A DNA stretch of 64,000 nt from NCBI GenBank assembly GCA_965221165.1, contig CBDCRP010000002.1, positions 1 to 64,000 of the forward strand. Direction: 5' to 3'. The translations under genes were made by a program, and so were the position numbers. Within the stretch, counting starts at the first letter, position 1. Each line of letters starts with the position of its first letter. This DNA comes from a bacterium. GTDB taxonomy: Bacteria; UBA8248. The notes beneath the pieces were generated by a model, which saw nothing but the letters and a program-made list of their open reading frames with translations, was not told the origin of the DNA and did not search any database. Shown one piece after another: positions 53,368-63,742 of the stretch.

Positions 53368-54284
53368 CGCGCGTCTCTCAATATCTCCGCCCCGCCATGG
53401 GCGAGAACGTCCTCGGCCAGATCTTCGCCTAGCTGCATAGAGTCATCCGGCGAGCCCGTGCGTTCTTTCTCCACCATCCGCTCGCCGGCGACGCTTGCGA
53501 GACGCGCTTTTATATGAAATTCGCCCTTGCGTATCTCCGCGAAGACGGCCAGGGGCAGTTGGCATCCGCCCTCCAAACGCGCCATCACGGCGCGCTCGGA
53601 CGTCACGGCCCGTTTCGTCTCCAGGTGATCCAGCCCTTCCATAAGGCGGCGCGTGGCCGCATCATCATCTCTCGTTTCGATAGCAAGCGCGCCCTGTCCT
53701 GGGGCGGGGAGCATGAGTTCGGGTGCGAGCGTTTCCGTCGCCCGCTCCTCGAGCCCCAGACGCTTGAGACCCGCCAGGGCGAGAACAGCGGCCTCGACCT
53801 CCCCCGCCGCCACTTTTTCAAGGCGCGTATCCACGTTTCCGCGCAACTCCACGATTTCCAGATCGCGACGGTAGCGCCTGATCTGTGCGATTCTCCTCAA
53901 GCTGCTCGTGCCGATTCTGCTGCCGGGCACCAGTCCGCGAATCGATTCCCCGCCCCTTGATACCAGGGCGTCCCAAGGTTCCTCCCTTTCAGGGATTGAG
54001 GCGAGGATAAGCCCTTCGGGCAGTTCGCTCGGCAGGTCCTTCAGGCTATGGACGGCGGCGTCGATGTCGCCTCTTAGTAAGGCGTCTTCGATCTCCTTGA
54101 CGAACAAGCCCTTGCCGCCCAGTTCGTGAATCGGGGAGCCGAGCATGGCGTCTCCCCGGGTGCGGACGATGATTTCCTCCACCTCAAGGTCGGGGTTCGA
54201 CGCTTTTAACTGCGCGGCTATGCCGGCCGTCTGCGCGCGCGCCAGCGCGCTGCCCCGCGTGCCGAGGCGAAGCGTGTCATTCAT
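53364..54284 (-). CDS. hemC: hydroxymethylbilane synthase
   Basis: GTRGSALA, GKGLFVKEIE, VHSLKD, GTSSLRR and LEGGCQLP motifs. Confidence 0.97.
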   Translation of the reverse strand: MNDTLRLGTRGSALARAQTAGIAAQLKASNPDLEVEEIIVRTRGDAMLGSPIHELGGKGLFVKEIEDALLRGDIDAAVHSLKDLPSELPEGLILASIPEREEPWDALVSRGGESIRGLVPGSRIGTSSLRRIAQIRRYRRDLEIVELRGNVDTRLEKVAAGEVEAAVLALAGLKRLGLEERATETLAPELMLPAPGQGALAIETRDDDAATRRLMEGLDHLETKRAVTSERAVMARLEGGCQLPLAVFAEIRKGEFHIKARLASVAGERMVEKERTGSPDDSMQLGEDLAEDVLAHGGAEILRDAR

Positions 54285-54287
54285 TAT

Positions 54288-55598
54288 TCAGTCCGACACA
54301 TTCGGCGGCGGCTCGGGCGGGCCTTCATCGCTCTCGGGCTCCACGCCGAAGAGTTTCTGGACGGATTCGACCGAAATGCCCTCCACGTCTTCTTCCGCCA
54401 TCTGGCGCAGGACGGCGAATGGATGGTGGAGAAGCTTGTTGACCAGCGCCTTCGTCATGGCGTCGAGCGCATCGCGTCCGCCCTCACCCAGTTCAGGCAG
54501 GCGGGGAATGGTTTTTTCGACTTCCGTCCGGCGCATCGACTCCGCAAAGAAACGTATGGCCGCAAAGGTGTGTCTGAGGTCCTCCGCCTTCTGGCGGGCG
54601 AGATAGGTCTGCACCTCGCTTTCTAAGATCGCGCGCGCGTCGCGAGCCACCTCTTCACGGCCACGCAGATTGTCCGCCGCGACGGACTGCAAATCGTCCA
54701 CGTCGTAGAGATAGGCATTTTCCAGATCGTTCACGTCGGGCGCGACGTTTCTCGGCACGGAAATGTCGATGAGGAAAACCGGCGCGTCGCGGCGGCTTTC
54801 GAGAGCAGCGGCGACAGCCGGTTTATCCAGAATAAAACCCTGCGAGGCCGTCGAGGTGATGACGACGTCCGCATCGATGAGCGCTTGCTCGAGATTATCG
54901 AAACTCACGGCGCGCCCCTTGAGTTTTGCGGCCAACTCCTGGGCGCGCACGAGCGTCCTGTTCGTCACGTGGAGGGTGTCGGCCCCGCTCGCTTTGAGGT
55001 GTCTTGCCGCCGCCTCGCCCATTTCGCCCGCGCCCAGCAAGAGCACGTTCTTGCCCGCAAGGGAGCCGAAAATCCTTTTTGCCAAATCTACGGCCACAGA
55101 GCTCACCGACACCGGTGACTCGCCTATCGGAGTCTGCTCGCGAATCTTTTTCGCCACGCGAAACGCGCGGGAGAAGAGGTTCGCGAGCGCCTTTCCTGCG
55201 TGGCCCGAGGCCTGGGCGACCCGGTAGGCCTCTTTCACCTGCCCCAGAATCTGCGGCTCACCCACCACCATGGAATCGAGGCTCGACGCCACGGTGAACA
55301 AATGCCGCGTGGCCTCGGCCTCGCGGTGAACGTAGAGATGGGCGTTTAGCTCCTCCGCGCCGATATCGCGCGATTCGAGGAAAAAGCGATGAATCGCATC
55401 GAGACCCTGCTCGAAGTCCTCGGCCTCGCTGTAGACTTCCACCCTGTTGCACGTCGAGAGGATGAGGCGCTCCTCGAGCCCCTGATAGTTCGCCAGCCGA
55501 TCGAGCCACTCATCCATGTGGCCTTCTGGGAAATAGAGGCGCTCGCGAATGCTGAGCGGCGTGTTGTGATGGCTCACGCCGGCGAGAATGATGGACAT
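54288..55598 (-). CDS. hemA: glutamyl-tRNA reductase
   Basis: LSTCNRVE, SLDSMVVGEPQILGQ, GAGEMG and DISVPRN motifs; start at ATG 55598. Confidence 0.96.
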   Translation of the reverse strand: MSIILAGVSHHNTPLSIRERLYFPEGHMDEWLDRLANYQGLEERLILSTCNRVEVYSEAEDFEQGLDAIHRFFLESRDIGAEELNAHLYVHREAEATRHLFTVASSLDSMVVGEPQILGQVKEAYRVAQASGHAGKALANLFSRAFRVAKKIREQTPIGESPVSVSSVAVDLAKRIFGSLAGKNVLLLGAGEMGEAAARHLKASGADTLHVTNRTLVRAQELAAKLKGRAVSFDNLEQALIDADVVITSTASQGFILDKPAVAAALESRRDAPVFLIDISVPRNVAPDVNDLENAYLYDVDDLQSVAADNLRGREEVARDARAILESEVQTYLARQKAEDLRHTFAAIRFFAESMRRTEVEKTIPRLPELGEGGRDALDAMTKALVNKLLHHPFAVLRQMAEEDVEGISVESVQKLFGVEPESDEGPPEPPPNVSD

Positions 55599-55609
55599 AT
55601 CCCCCGCTC

Positions 55610-56377
55610 CTAAAAATGGACGACCAGCGCGAGGAGCGCGGCGAAAAAGGCCACCATAGAGAAAACGGCGGAGCGCTTTCCCTTCCAGCTTCTGGTAAGC
55701 CGACAGATGAGCAGGAGGCCATATGCGCCCCAAATGAGTATCAGCGGCCAGGTACGCACCGGGTCGAGGCTCCAGTAGGCGCCGTGGCGCGATTTCGCCC
55801 ACATCGAGCCGAGCAGCAGGCTCGCCGTCAGGAACGCGAAGCCGAAATAGAGAATCTTGTGATTCAGGTCGTCGAGAATATCGAGCGAGGGCAGGCGGTG
55901 CAGCCAGGCGCTCGGTCTTCTGGATTTAAGCTGCTGCGATTGCATAAGATACATGAGCGCCGAGGCGAAGAGCAGAAAAAACGCTCCCCAGCTCAGCAGC
56001 GCGAGAACAGCGTGGCCTTTCAGCAGATAGCCCTGCACGGCACTCGAACCCGCACCCCACACTCCGGGAAATGCGGATGCGTACCCCTCGAGAATAAATG
56101 CCGCGGGCACGGCGAAGCCACCCAGGGCGATGTCGCGATAGCGCGCGTAGACGATCAGGTACATCAGGATAATCACCCACGCCATGCCGCTCAGCCACGG
56201 CCCCCAGCCCTCGGGCGTGCCGGAGGCGAAGCTTACCCCCAGCATGAGGGTATGAAGAGCAAACCCCACGAGCAGCGCGCCGATCCCGTAGAGGACGCCT
56301 GCGGACCTGCCCGTGCAGAGCAGATACAGGTGCGTGAGCGCAGCAACCAGATAGCAGGCGATCAATATGGCGACCAC
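55610..56377 (-). CDS. cytochrome c assembly/HemX-like membrane protein (CcsA family)
   Basis: RLPSLDILD and GSMWA....GAYWSLDP WWD-like domain; the usual first gene of hemA operons. Confidence 0.85.
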   Translation of the reverse strand: MVAILIACYLVAALTHLYLLCTGRSAGVLYGIGALLVGFALHTLMLGVSFASGTPEGWGPWLSGMAWVIILMYLIVYARYRDIALGGFAVPAAFILEGYASAFPGVWGAGSSAVQGYLLKGHAVLALLSWGAFFLLFASALMYLMQSQQLKSRRPSAWLHRLPSLDILDDLNHKILYFGFAFLTASLLLGSMWAKSRHGAYWSLDPVRTWPLILIWGAYGLLLICRLTRSWKGKRSAVFSMVAFFAALLALVVHF

Positions 56378-56627
56378 GGGGTTTTCCCTCCCAGCGCAAT
56401 GCCACGCCTTGCGATTGTGAATACAGCCTTTTCCATCTTCGTCCACAGAAAAGGGCGAAGAAAGTCATTTAGACCACCATTTCGGGCATTTTGCAATAAT
56501 CCGGTGCGCCACCCGCCCCGAGGCGTGGATTTTCTCAGTCGCGAGTTGGCGCGAACGCCCCATTCCCACTATACTTAGGCGCCGAGCCCGTCCGCCCGCA
56601 AACCCCACCTGGGAGGGGCAGCAGACA

Positions 56628-57563
56628 GTGATACCGCTCCCCGACATTCACCCGCCCCTGATCAACGCCAGCGGCATCCTGAGCTATCCGGAAGTTTTCG
56701 TCGCCTTCGAGAATGCGGGCGCGAGCCTGGGCGGCTACGTCACGAAATCGGTCGGCCCCCGGGAGAAACCGGGCAACGACAACCCCGTGCTCGTATACCC
56801 TCCCGAAGGCGCGGTGCTCAACTCCCTCGCCTTGCCGACGCAAAGCGCCGAGGACTGGGAGCGCGATCTCGAAGAGATAAAACTCAAAAAGGCGAAACTC
56901 ATCGTCTCCGTCTATGGGGGGGATTCGCGTGAATTCGCTCAGGTCACGAACCGGATGTCGAGGTTCAGCGACGCCATCGAGGTGAACCTCGGTTGTCCCA
57001 ACAAGGAGCCGGGCGAGCGCACCATCATGGAGAGCATCGGCCAAAACCCTGTCCTCTCCGCCGAGGTCATCGAGCGCGTGCGCGACGAAACGGACAAACC
57101 CGTCATCGCCAAGCTCTCTCCCAACAGCGATTACCTCGCCGTGGCGGATTCATGCCTGGGCGCGGGTGCGGACGCCTTGGGCTGCGGGAACACCCTGGGG
57201 CCGGGCCTGGCGGTGGACATCGAGAGCCGGGCGGCGATTCTCGCAGGTACGACGGGCGGCATCAGCGGGCCTGCGCTCAAACCCATCAACCTGCGCATGA
57301 CGTATGAGGCGTACGTGCGCTTTCGGTGTCCCATCGTCGCATACGGAGGCATCGAAACCTGGGAGGATGCGGTCGAATACATCCTGGCGGGGGCCTGCGT
57401 TCTGGGAATCGGCACCGCCTTCATGCAAAAAAACACGCACGAGGCCGCAGCACTCACCCGGGATATCTGGGAGGGAATTCAAAATTATCTGGGAGGTGAA
57501 CCGATGGCCGCTATCATCGGCGGCGCGCACCAGCCTACGAACGGAGGCGGCTCCCATGCGTAG
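56628..57563 (+). CDS. pyrD: dihydroorotate dehydrogenase (NAD+) catalytic subunit
   Basis: NASG, TKS, EVNLGCPN, AKLSPN, NT and GGISGPALKP motifs. Confidence 0.88.
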   Translation: MIPLPDIHPPLINASGILSYPEVFVAFENAGASLGGYVTKSVGPREKPGNDNPVLVYPPEGAVLNSLALPTQSAEDWERDLEEIKLKKAKLIVSVYGGDSREFAQVTNRMSRFSDAIEVNLGCPNKEPGERTIMESIGQNPVLSAEVIERVRDETDKPVIAKLSPNSDYLAVADSCLGAGADALGCGNTLGPGLAVDIESRAAILAGTTGGISGPALKPINLRMTYEAYVRFRCPIVAYGGIETWEDAVEYILAGACVLGIGTAFMQKNTHEAAALTRDIWEGIQNYLGGEPMAAIIGGAHQPTNGGGSHA

Positions 57564-58281
57564 CGTCTGTAAGGTCGTGGAAAACCGCCGCGAAAGCGCA
57601 TGGACCCACACGATCTTCTTCGATAAGGAAATCGCATCCCAGCCGGGGCAGTTCATGATGGTCTGGCTGCCGCGTTTGGGCGAAAAACCCTTTACCCTCT
57701 CCTACCTGAACGCCGTCACCGTCAAAAAAGCGGGCGCGTTCACAGAAAAGCTGGCCGCGCTCGAACCGGGAGACCAAATAGGGCTTCGCGGCCCGCTTGG
57801 CCAGGGCTACCCCCCCCTTATAAGACCGGCACTGATTGGAGGCGGTGTGGGGATTGCCGAACTGAGGCTGCTCGCCCTCGCTTCCGAAGCGCCTTGTTTC
57901 GTTCTCGGCGGCCGGACGGCGGATGAAATTCTCTATTATGAGGAATTCAAGGAACTCGGCCCCGTCCACGTCGCCACCGAAGACGGATCTTTAGGGCGAA
58001 AAGGTCTGATTACCGAATTGCTGCCCGTCGAGGCGGAAAGCTACGCCGTCTGCGGGCCGGAGCGGATGATGGCCGCTTGCCTGCCTGAACTCCCCGCCGA
58101 GCGAACATATTTCGCCATCGAGCGATACATGAAGTGCGCCGTCGGCCTGTGCGGCCAATGCACCTGCTCGGGCTGGCGTGTCTGTACGGACGGCCCCATT
58201 TTCTCCGCCTCCAGCGTCACGCAGATGGAGGATTTCGGGAAACGCAGGCGCTCCAAGAGCGGGAGATGGGAGAAGGTGTAG
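57556..58281 (+). CDS. pyrK: dihydroorotate dehydrogenase electron transfer subunit
   Basis: PGQFMMVW, RGPLG, GGGVGIA, CGPERM and ERYMKCAVGLCGQC...VCTDGP motifs. Confidence 0.9.
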   Translation: MRSVCKVVENRRESAWTHTIFFDKEIASQPGQFMMVWLPRLGEKPFTLSYLNAVTVKKAGAFTEKLAALEPGDQIGLRGPLGQGYPPLIRPALIGGGVGIAELRLLALASEAPCFVLGGRTADEILYYEEFKELGPVHVATEDGSLGRKGLITELLPVEAESYAVCGPERMMAACLPELPAERTYFAIERYMKCAVGLCGQCTCSGWRVCTDGPIFSASSVTQMEDFGKRRRSKSGRWEKV

Positions 58282-58379
58282 AGGTCAAATATATCTTCCC
58301 AAGACGATTCGGCTGTGCTTATAATCAGGCGACCAGAAAGTTTCTTTTCATACATGAGGTTTCAAGCGGAGGACAGGCC

Positions 58380-59141
58380 ATCCAATTCCGTGTTCTGGGC
58401 TGCTCGGGCGGAAAGGCGCCCGGATGCCATTTGACCTCTTTTCTGATCAACGAAGAGTTGTTGCTGGAGGGCGGCTCGGCCGCTTCGGGCCTCACCATCG
58501 AGGAACAGGCCAAGCTCACCGGCGTCCTGGTATCCCACGCGCACCTGGATCATATCGCAGAACTGCCCTACCTGGCCGACAACATCTTCGGTCTGCGGGA
58601 AGATTCGCTGAAAATCATCGGTGCCGGAGACGTGCTCGACCAAATACGCACATCGATTTTCAACAACGCCGTTTGGCCGGATTTTTGCGAGATATGTCAC
58701 CGAGATACGCCGATACTCGATTTCAACGCCATCGAGGAGAATGAAACCCGCTCTTGCAACGGAATCCGGATTACTCCGCACGAGGTGAACCACAAGGGGA
58801 CTACCTTCGGCTTCATTTTCGAGGACGCAGAATGCGCGCTGCTCTACACCAGCGACACGGGTCCCACCGAAGCCATCTGGAGAGGAGCTTCCGATGCAGA
58901 GAACCTGCGCGCCATCATCACCGAGGTGTCGTTTCCGAACAAGATGGAAGAACTCGCGCGCATTTCCAAACACATGACGCCAGCCATGCTCCACGAGGAG
59001 ATGCGGAAAATGCCGCCCGATATTCCCGTCTACATCTTTCACATCAAGGCGCAGTATCATGATGAGACCGAGGCGGAAATCGAGGCGCTGAACGAACCGA
59101 GAATCCAGTTGCTGGAACAAGGGAAGACGTATTTCTTGTAA
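58380..59141 (+). CDS. class II cyclic-nucleotide phosphodiesterase / MBL-fold hydrolase
   Basis: RVLGCSGG, SHAHLDHI, FNNAVWPDF, SDTGPT and EVSFPN motifs; probable ATC start at 58380. Confidence 0.88.
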   Translation: MQFRVLGCSGGKAPGCHLTSFLINEELLLEGGSAASGLTIEEQAKLTGVLVSHAHLDHIAELPYLADNIFGLREDSLKIIGAGDVLDQIRTSIFNNAVWPDFCEICHRDTPILDFNAIEENETRSCNGIRITPHEVNHKGTTFGFIFEDAECALLYTSDTGPTEAIWRGASDAENLRAIITEVSFPNKMEELARISKHMTPAMLHEEMRKMPPDIPVYIFHIKAQYHDETEAEIEALNEPRIQLLEQGKTYFL

Positions 59142-59180
59142 TTTTTATAGCTACCATGCCCGAACGATGTCGGGCGAATT

Positions 59181-59522
59181 TTGAAAGGCGATGAAGAAGC
59201 GGCGATTCCAGGGATGAGCCGACCATCCGGCAAGTCGTCTCCCGCATACTACCGGAAAAAGATGAGGAGAAGCTTCGTGGAAGACATCGAGGCGCAAAGA
59301 AAATACAGCCGCATAATGGCCGAGCGCATCAGCCAAATTTTGGCCGGGGACATTTCAGGTGTCGATGCGGACATCCGCTACAGCTACCACGACAAGAGCT
59401 TTCGGCTCTGGTGGGGAGAGCGGGGGGACCCGGACACCACGGCCTTCATCACCTTCGAGCAAATGGCCGGGTTGAACGACGAGGAGTTGAGCCAGGTCAT
59501 CCGCTCATCCGTCACCGGCTAG
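59181..59522 (+). CDS. hypothetical protein
   Basis: Open frame filling the gap between convergent genes; the start is uncertain. Confidence 0.55.
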   Translation: MKGDEEAAIPGMSRPSGKSSPAYYRKKMRRSFVEDIEAQRKYSRIMAERISQILAGDISGVDADIRYSYHDKSFRLWWGERGDPDTTAFITFEQMAGLNDEELSQVIRSSVTG

Positions 59523-60397
59523 TCGATGTTGGCCAACTCCTTGTAAATCCGGAAGATAGAGCTCCCGTCTTCGTGTTGTCTGCCCTTGCTCCTCTGGGCC
59601 ATGTAGAGATGCTCCAGCAGGCCTCCGAGCGGCACGGGCACGTCGAGGTCCTTTGCGGACCCGATGGCGCATTCCAAATCTTTGAGCACTATCCATATCG
59701 GGCCCGATTCAGGAAAATTGCCGGCCAGCATGTCCTTGCCGCGCACGTCGAGCACGTTGGAACCCGCAGCACCCGAACACAGCGTCTCGAGCATGACGTC
59801 TTCGGGGATTCCCGCCTTGAGACCGAGCGTGAGGCCCTCGCACGCCCCCGCCATGTTGATGAAGAGCACCAGATTCACCACGAGTTTCAACTGGGCGGCC
59901 AGCCCGTTTTCCTCGCTCACGAAAAGCGTCTTCTTGCCGATGGCGTCGAAGGCGGGCTTCGCCTTATCGAATGCGGCCCTGGGACCTGCCGACATGACCA
60001 CGAGATCCTTCACGGCGGCCTGCTTGCCCACGCCGCTCACGGGGCAATCCAGCCAGCTCACGCCCTTTTCGCCCACTTTTTCCGCCATTTCCTTGGAGAA
60101 TTTCGGCGGAACGGTACTCATGTCGGCGATGATGCCACCCGATGAAATTCCCTCCAGAATGCCCCCTTCTCCCGTCACCGCCTCTTCGACGACCTTGTAG
60201 TTCGGCAGTGAGGTCATCACCAGGTCGGTCCCCCGGGCGGCGTCCGCAGGCGAGGACGCCCGGCGCAGGTTTTTCCCCTCGAATTTCTCGTACATCGCAT
60301 CGAGCGGGTCGTAGCCCGCCACTCCCATGCCGGCATCCAGCATGTGGCCCGAAAACGCCCCGCCCATGACGCCCAAACCCACCACTCCCACTCTCAT
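59519..60397 (-). CDS. NAD(P)-dependent beta-hydroxyacid dehydrogenase
   Basis: GVVGLGVMG, DCPVSG, KLVVN and KDL motifs. Confidence 0.92.
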   Translation of the reverse strand: MRVGVVGLGVMGGAFSGHMLDAGMGVAGYDPLDAMYEKFEGKNLRRASSPADAARGTDLVMTSLPNYKVVEEAVTGEGGILEGISSGGIIADMSTVPPKFSKEMAEKVGEKGVSWLDCPVSGVGKQAAVKDLVVMSAGPRAAFDKAKPAFDAIGKKTLFVSEENGLAAQLKLVVNLVLFINMAGACEGLTLGLKAGIPEDVMLETLCSGAAGSNVLDVRGKDMLAGNFPESGPIWIVLKDLECAIGSAKDLDVPVPLGGLLEHLYMAQRSKGRQHEDGSSIFRIYKELANID

Positions 60398-60487
60398 GCT
60401 CACGTCTCTCAAGCTCCTCTTGAATGCGGCGGCGAGAGGGTTGTCACCCCACGCCGGCCGGTACCGGATACGAAAAATTTCAGATCA

Positions 60488-61246
60488 TCAGTGAATGATA
60501 TATCCGCCGTCCACCACGAGGTTGTGCCCCTGCACGAAAGAAGCATCCTCAGATGCCAGGAACAAGGCTGCGCTCGCTATCTCGGTCGGCTCGCCGAAAC
60601 GTCCCATCGGCACGGTCCCCAGGCGCTGGGCGCGTTCTTCGGGCGTTTTGTAGGCGTGTTTCTTGAGATATTCCGTAGCCGTAGGCCCCGGGCTGACGGC
60701 GTTCACCAGAATGTTCTCCCCGGCGAGTTCGAGAGCCATGGAGCGAGTGAGCTGGATGAGCGCCGCCTTGGTCGCACTATAGAGGGCGGTCTCACGCGCC
60801 GCTACCGAACCCAACTGGCTCGCGATATGGACAATCCGCCCGCCCCCGGCCTCTCGCATGAGCGGCAGCACGGCCTGGCTCGCGAAAAAAGGGGCGCGCA
60901 GGTTCACGGCGACCACGCGCTCGAAATCCGCGTAAGAGAATGTACCGAAGGGGTGGCTGGCGCGAATGCCTGCGTTGTTTACGAGAATATCGAGACCGCC
61001 CAGAGAGTCCGCGGCGGCATCCACCATTCGCTCGGCGGCTCCTTCACCGGCCAAATCGTAGATGCCGAAAGCGGCCGAGCCTCCGGCGCTCTCGCATTCA
61101 CGCGCAACGCTTTCAAGCTCATCTTGCGTTCCATCGGCGGCCAGGTACAGGCTCGCCCCTTCGGCGGCGAAGCGAAGGGCCACACACTCTCCGATTCCGC
61201 GCGAGGCGCCCGTTACGAGCGCTCTTTTCCCATCCAAACGCCCCAC
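60488..61246 (-). CDS. SDR family oxidoreductase
   Basis: TGASRGIG, NNAG, YSATK and VDGG motifs. Confidence 0.95.
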   Translation of the reverse strand: MGRLDGKRALVTGASRGIGECVALRFAAEGASLYLAADGTQDELESVARECESAGGSAAFGIYDLAGEGAAERMVDAAADSLGGLDILVNNAGIRASHPFGTFSYADFERVVAVNLRAPFFASQAVLPLMREAGGGRIVHIASQLGSVAARETALYSATKAALIQLTRSMALELAGENILVNAVSPGPTATEYLKKHAYKTPEERAQRLGTVPMGRFGEPTEIASAALFLASEDASFVQGHNLVVDGGYIIH

Positions 61247-61336
61247 CTTCGTTTCTCCTCCGGGAAAGTTGCGCTATATTCACCCTCGGCGTGACACCGC
61301 GCGCCGCGAGATCAAGAAAATTAGGAGAATTTCACG

Positions 61337-61939
61337 ATGCCCCGACCGGAAACCTCATTTCAAGAACTCCAGCACGTCGCCGTCAAGGTGTCGGACATCG
61401 AGGAATCCCTCAGATTTTATACCGAGGTTCTCGGCTTCACCCTTTCGGAACGTCACAATCCCGGCGAACACCCGGGGCTCAACGTGGGTCTCTGCTTCCT
61501 GCGATGCAGTGCTTTTCATCACGATTTGAACCTAGTATACCACACCGGCGATCAGCCAGCGCTCGCGGAACTGAAAACCGACGATCAGGGACTCGTCAAG
61601 GACCTGGGGTTGCATCATTTCGCATTTCGGGTAAAAGACCGGGCCGAGTTCTTCGCCTGGAGGGACTGGCTCGAGGAATGCGGTATTAAAATCGTGCGCG
61701 GCCCCCTTGTGCACAGCCCCACCCATCCTGAGGGCGACGGCACCTGGGGAGAGAACAGGGCCATGTACTTTTGCGATCCCGATGGCCACCGAATCGAAAT
61801 TTTTTGCGACCTTGCCCGGATGGATGAAGCCAATGGCATCGAGAAGGAATGGTATGAAAATCGACTCCGCCGGGAGGGAATCGACCCCGCCCCGCATCCG
61901 CCCGTCGGCCCTCACCCGACAGGGGCTCCCGCACGCTGA
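61337..61939 (+). CDS. VOC family protein (extradiol dioxygenase/glyoxalase fold)
   Basis: LQHVAVKV, FYTEVLGF, HHD, LHHFAF and YFCDPDGHRIE motifs. Confidence 0.88.
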   Translation: MPRPETSFQELQHVAVKVSDIEESLRFYTEVLGFTLSERHNPGEHPGLNVGLCFLRCSAFHHDLNLVYHTGDQPALAELKTDDQGLVKDLGLHHFAFRVKDRAEFFAWRDWLEECGIKIVRGPLVHSPTHPEGDGTWGENRAMYFCDPDGHRIEIFCDLARMDEANGIEKEWYENRLRREGIDPAPHPPVGPHPTGAPAR

Positions 61940-61978
61940 ACCGCTGAGCGAGGGATGTTTATCCATGGGTGAGACCCC

Positions 61979-63742
61979 GTGAGCTGGAAAAATTTTCGTA
62001 TACGACTTCTCGGCTGGCTGCTCCACTTCGATTTCTCAGACGATGGCATCTTCTACTTCACCACCATCATCGTGGGAGCGCTCACCGGCCTCGTCGCCGT
62101 CTTCTTTCATATCGCCTTGGGCTGGGCGCATCTGCTTCTCTTCGGCTCCCATGATCTTTCCGAGATTCACCGGGCCTGGTACTGGGTGGCAGTCATACCT
62201 GCGGGGGGCGCTTTCCTCTCCGCTCTCTTTCTTCAATACTTCGCCCCGGAAGCCCGGGGCAGCGGCATCCCCCAGACGAAAATCGCCTACGTCGCCCACA
62301 ACGGCCATATCGACAAGCGCGTGTGGATAGGCAAGTTCCTCATCGGGGTTCTCAACATCGGCTCGGGCTCGAGTCTGGGACGCGAAGGCCCCACCGTGCA
62401 GATTTGCTCGGGCGCGGCTAGCTGGATAGGCGAGACGTTTTCCCTGAAAAGACGCCGCGTGCAGGCGCTCGTCCCCGTGGGTTGCGCCGCCGCCCTGGCC
62501 GCCGCGTTCAACACGCCGATTGCGGCCGTCACCTTCACGCTCGAAGAACTCGTGGGCGATCTGAACGCGCGCGTGCTCGGGTCCATCGTATTCGCGGCGG
62601 TTTCGGCCTCCGTCGTCTCGCGCGCCATTCTCGGCAACGAGCCCGTGTTTTCCGTGCCGGCCTACTCCCTGGACAGCTCCCTGGAGTTGTTCCTCTACGC
62701 CTTCGTGGGCGTTGTCTGCGCGCTCGTCGCCGTGACGTTCATCAAGGGATTGCTTTACCTGCGATCGGGATGGAAGCGTCTGCGAGGGTTCCGTGGGGTG
62801 ATCGCCACGGGCCTCGGCGGTTTGTTCGTGGGCGTCATCGGCATCTGGGTGCCCGAGGTGTTCGCCGTGGGCTATCCCGCCGTGAGCAAAGCGCTCACGC
62901 ACAGCTATACGCTGCCCTTTCTCTTGTGCCTGCTCGTCCTCAAGCTCATCGCCACCGCGGTTTCTTATGGAACCGGCTCTTTGGGCGGCATTTTCGCGCC
63001 TACCCTGTTCATGGGCGCGATGGCCGGAGGCGCCGTGGCGTCTCTCGCCGAACTGGTCTTCCCCGGGTTCGTGGCGCACCCGGGCGGCTACGCGCTCGTG
63101 GGCATGGGCGCGGCCTTCGCGGCCGTCATCCGCGCCCCGATGACGTCGGTGCTCATCATCTTCGAGCTCACGCAGGACTACAACATCATTCTCGCGCTCA
63201 TGGTGGCCAACGCCATATCACTTGCTCTTGCGCGATACTGGCACCCCGAACCGATATACAGCGCGCTCTCCTCACAGGACGGGATCACCCTGCCGGACCA
63301 TGAGACCGAACACCTCCTGCACGAGATCCACGTGTCCGACGCCATGATCGGCGACGTCATGACTCTGCCCGAGAACATCACGATAGAAGAGGCTATCCAG
63401 AGAACAAGGGAGAGCGACATTTCCGGTTTCCCCGTTCTGAACGCGAGCGGAAAACTCTCAGGCGTGGCGAGCCGCTATGACTTCAGCCAGGCGCAGGCCG
63501 CAGACATCCTGCAAAAACCTCTGGCCGAGATTGCGAAGAAAAAATACATCATGCACGCGCATCCCGACCAATCGCTCGATTCGGTAATGGCCAAACTCGG
63601 CGACAGGCGCATCTCGCGCCTGCCGGTGGTGAGCCGTGAGGACCCGACGGAGCTTCTGGGAATCATCACCGCCGAGGACGTGATTCATGCTTTCGGCAAC
63701 GTGTGGCGCGGGCAGCAGCATCACCGGCACGAGACCGATTAG
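61979..63742 (+). CDS. ClC family Cl-/H+ antiporter with C-terminal CBS pair
   Basis: GSGIP, GREGP (gating Glu), FTLEE (proton Glu), GGIFAP and CBS domains. Confidence 0.93.
   Translation: MSWKNFRIRLLGWLLHFDFSDDGIFYFTTIIVGALTGLVAVFFHIALGWAHLLLFGSHDLSEIHRAWYWVAVIPAGGAFLSALFLQYFAPEARGSGIPQTKIAYVAHNGHIDKRVWIGKFLIGVLNIGSGSSLGREGPTVQICSGAASWIGETFSLKRRRVQALVPVGCAAALAAAFNTPIAAVTFTLEELVGDLNARVLGSIVFAAVSASVVSRAILGNEPVFSVPAYSLDSSLELFLYAFVGVVCALVAVTFIKGLLYLRSGWKRLRGFRGVIATGLGGLFVGVIGIWVPEVFAVGYPAVSKALTHSYTLPFLLCLLVLKLIATAVSYGTGSLGGIFAPTLFMGAMAGGAVASLAELVFPGFVAHPGGYALVGMGAAFAAVIRAPMTSVLIIFELTQDYNIILALMVANAISLALARYWHPEPIYSALSSQDGITLPDHETEHLLHEIHVSDAMIGDVMTLPENITIEEAIQRTRESDISGFPVLNASGKLSGVASRYDFSQAQAADILQKPLAEIAKKKYIMHAHPDQSLDSVMAKLGDRRISRLPVVSREDPTELLGIITAEDVIHAFGNVWRGQQHHRHETD

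Noticed and set aside
56628-58281. pyrD-before-pyrK gene order as a novelty
   Set aside because: Both orders occur in prokaryotes and the motifs are canonical.
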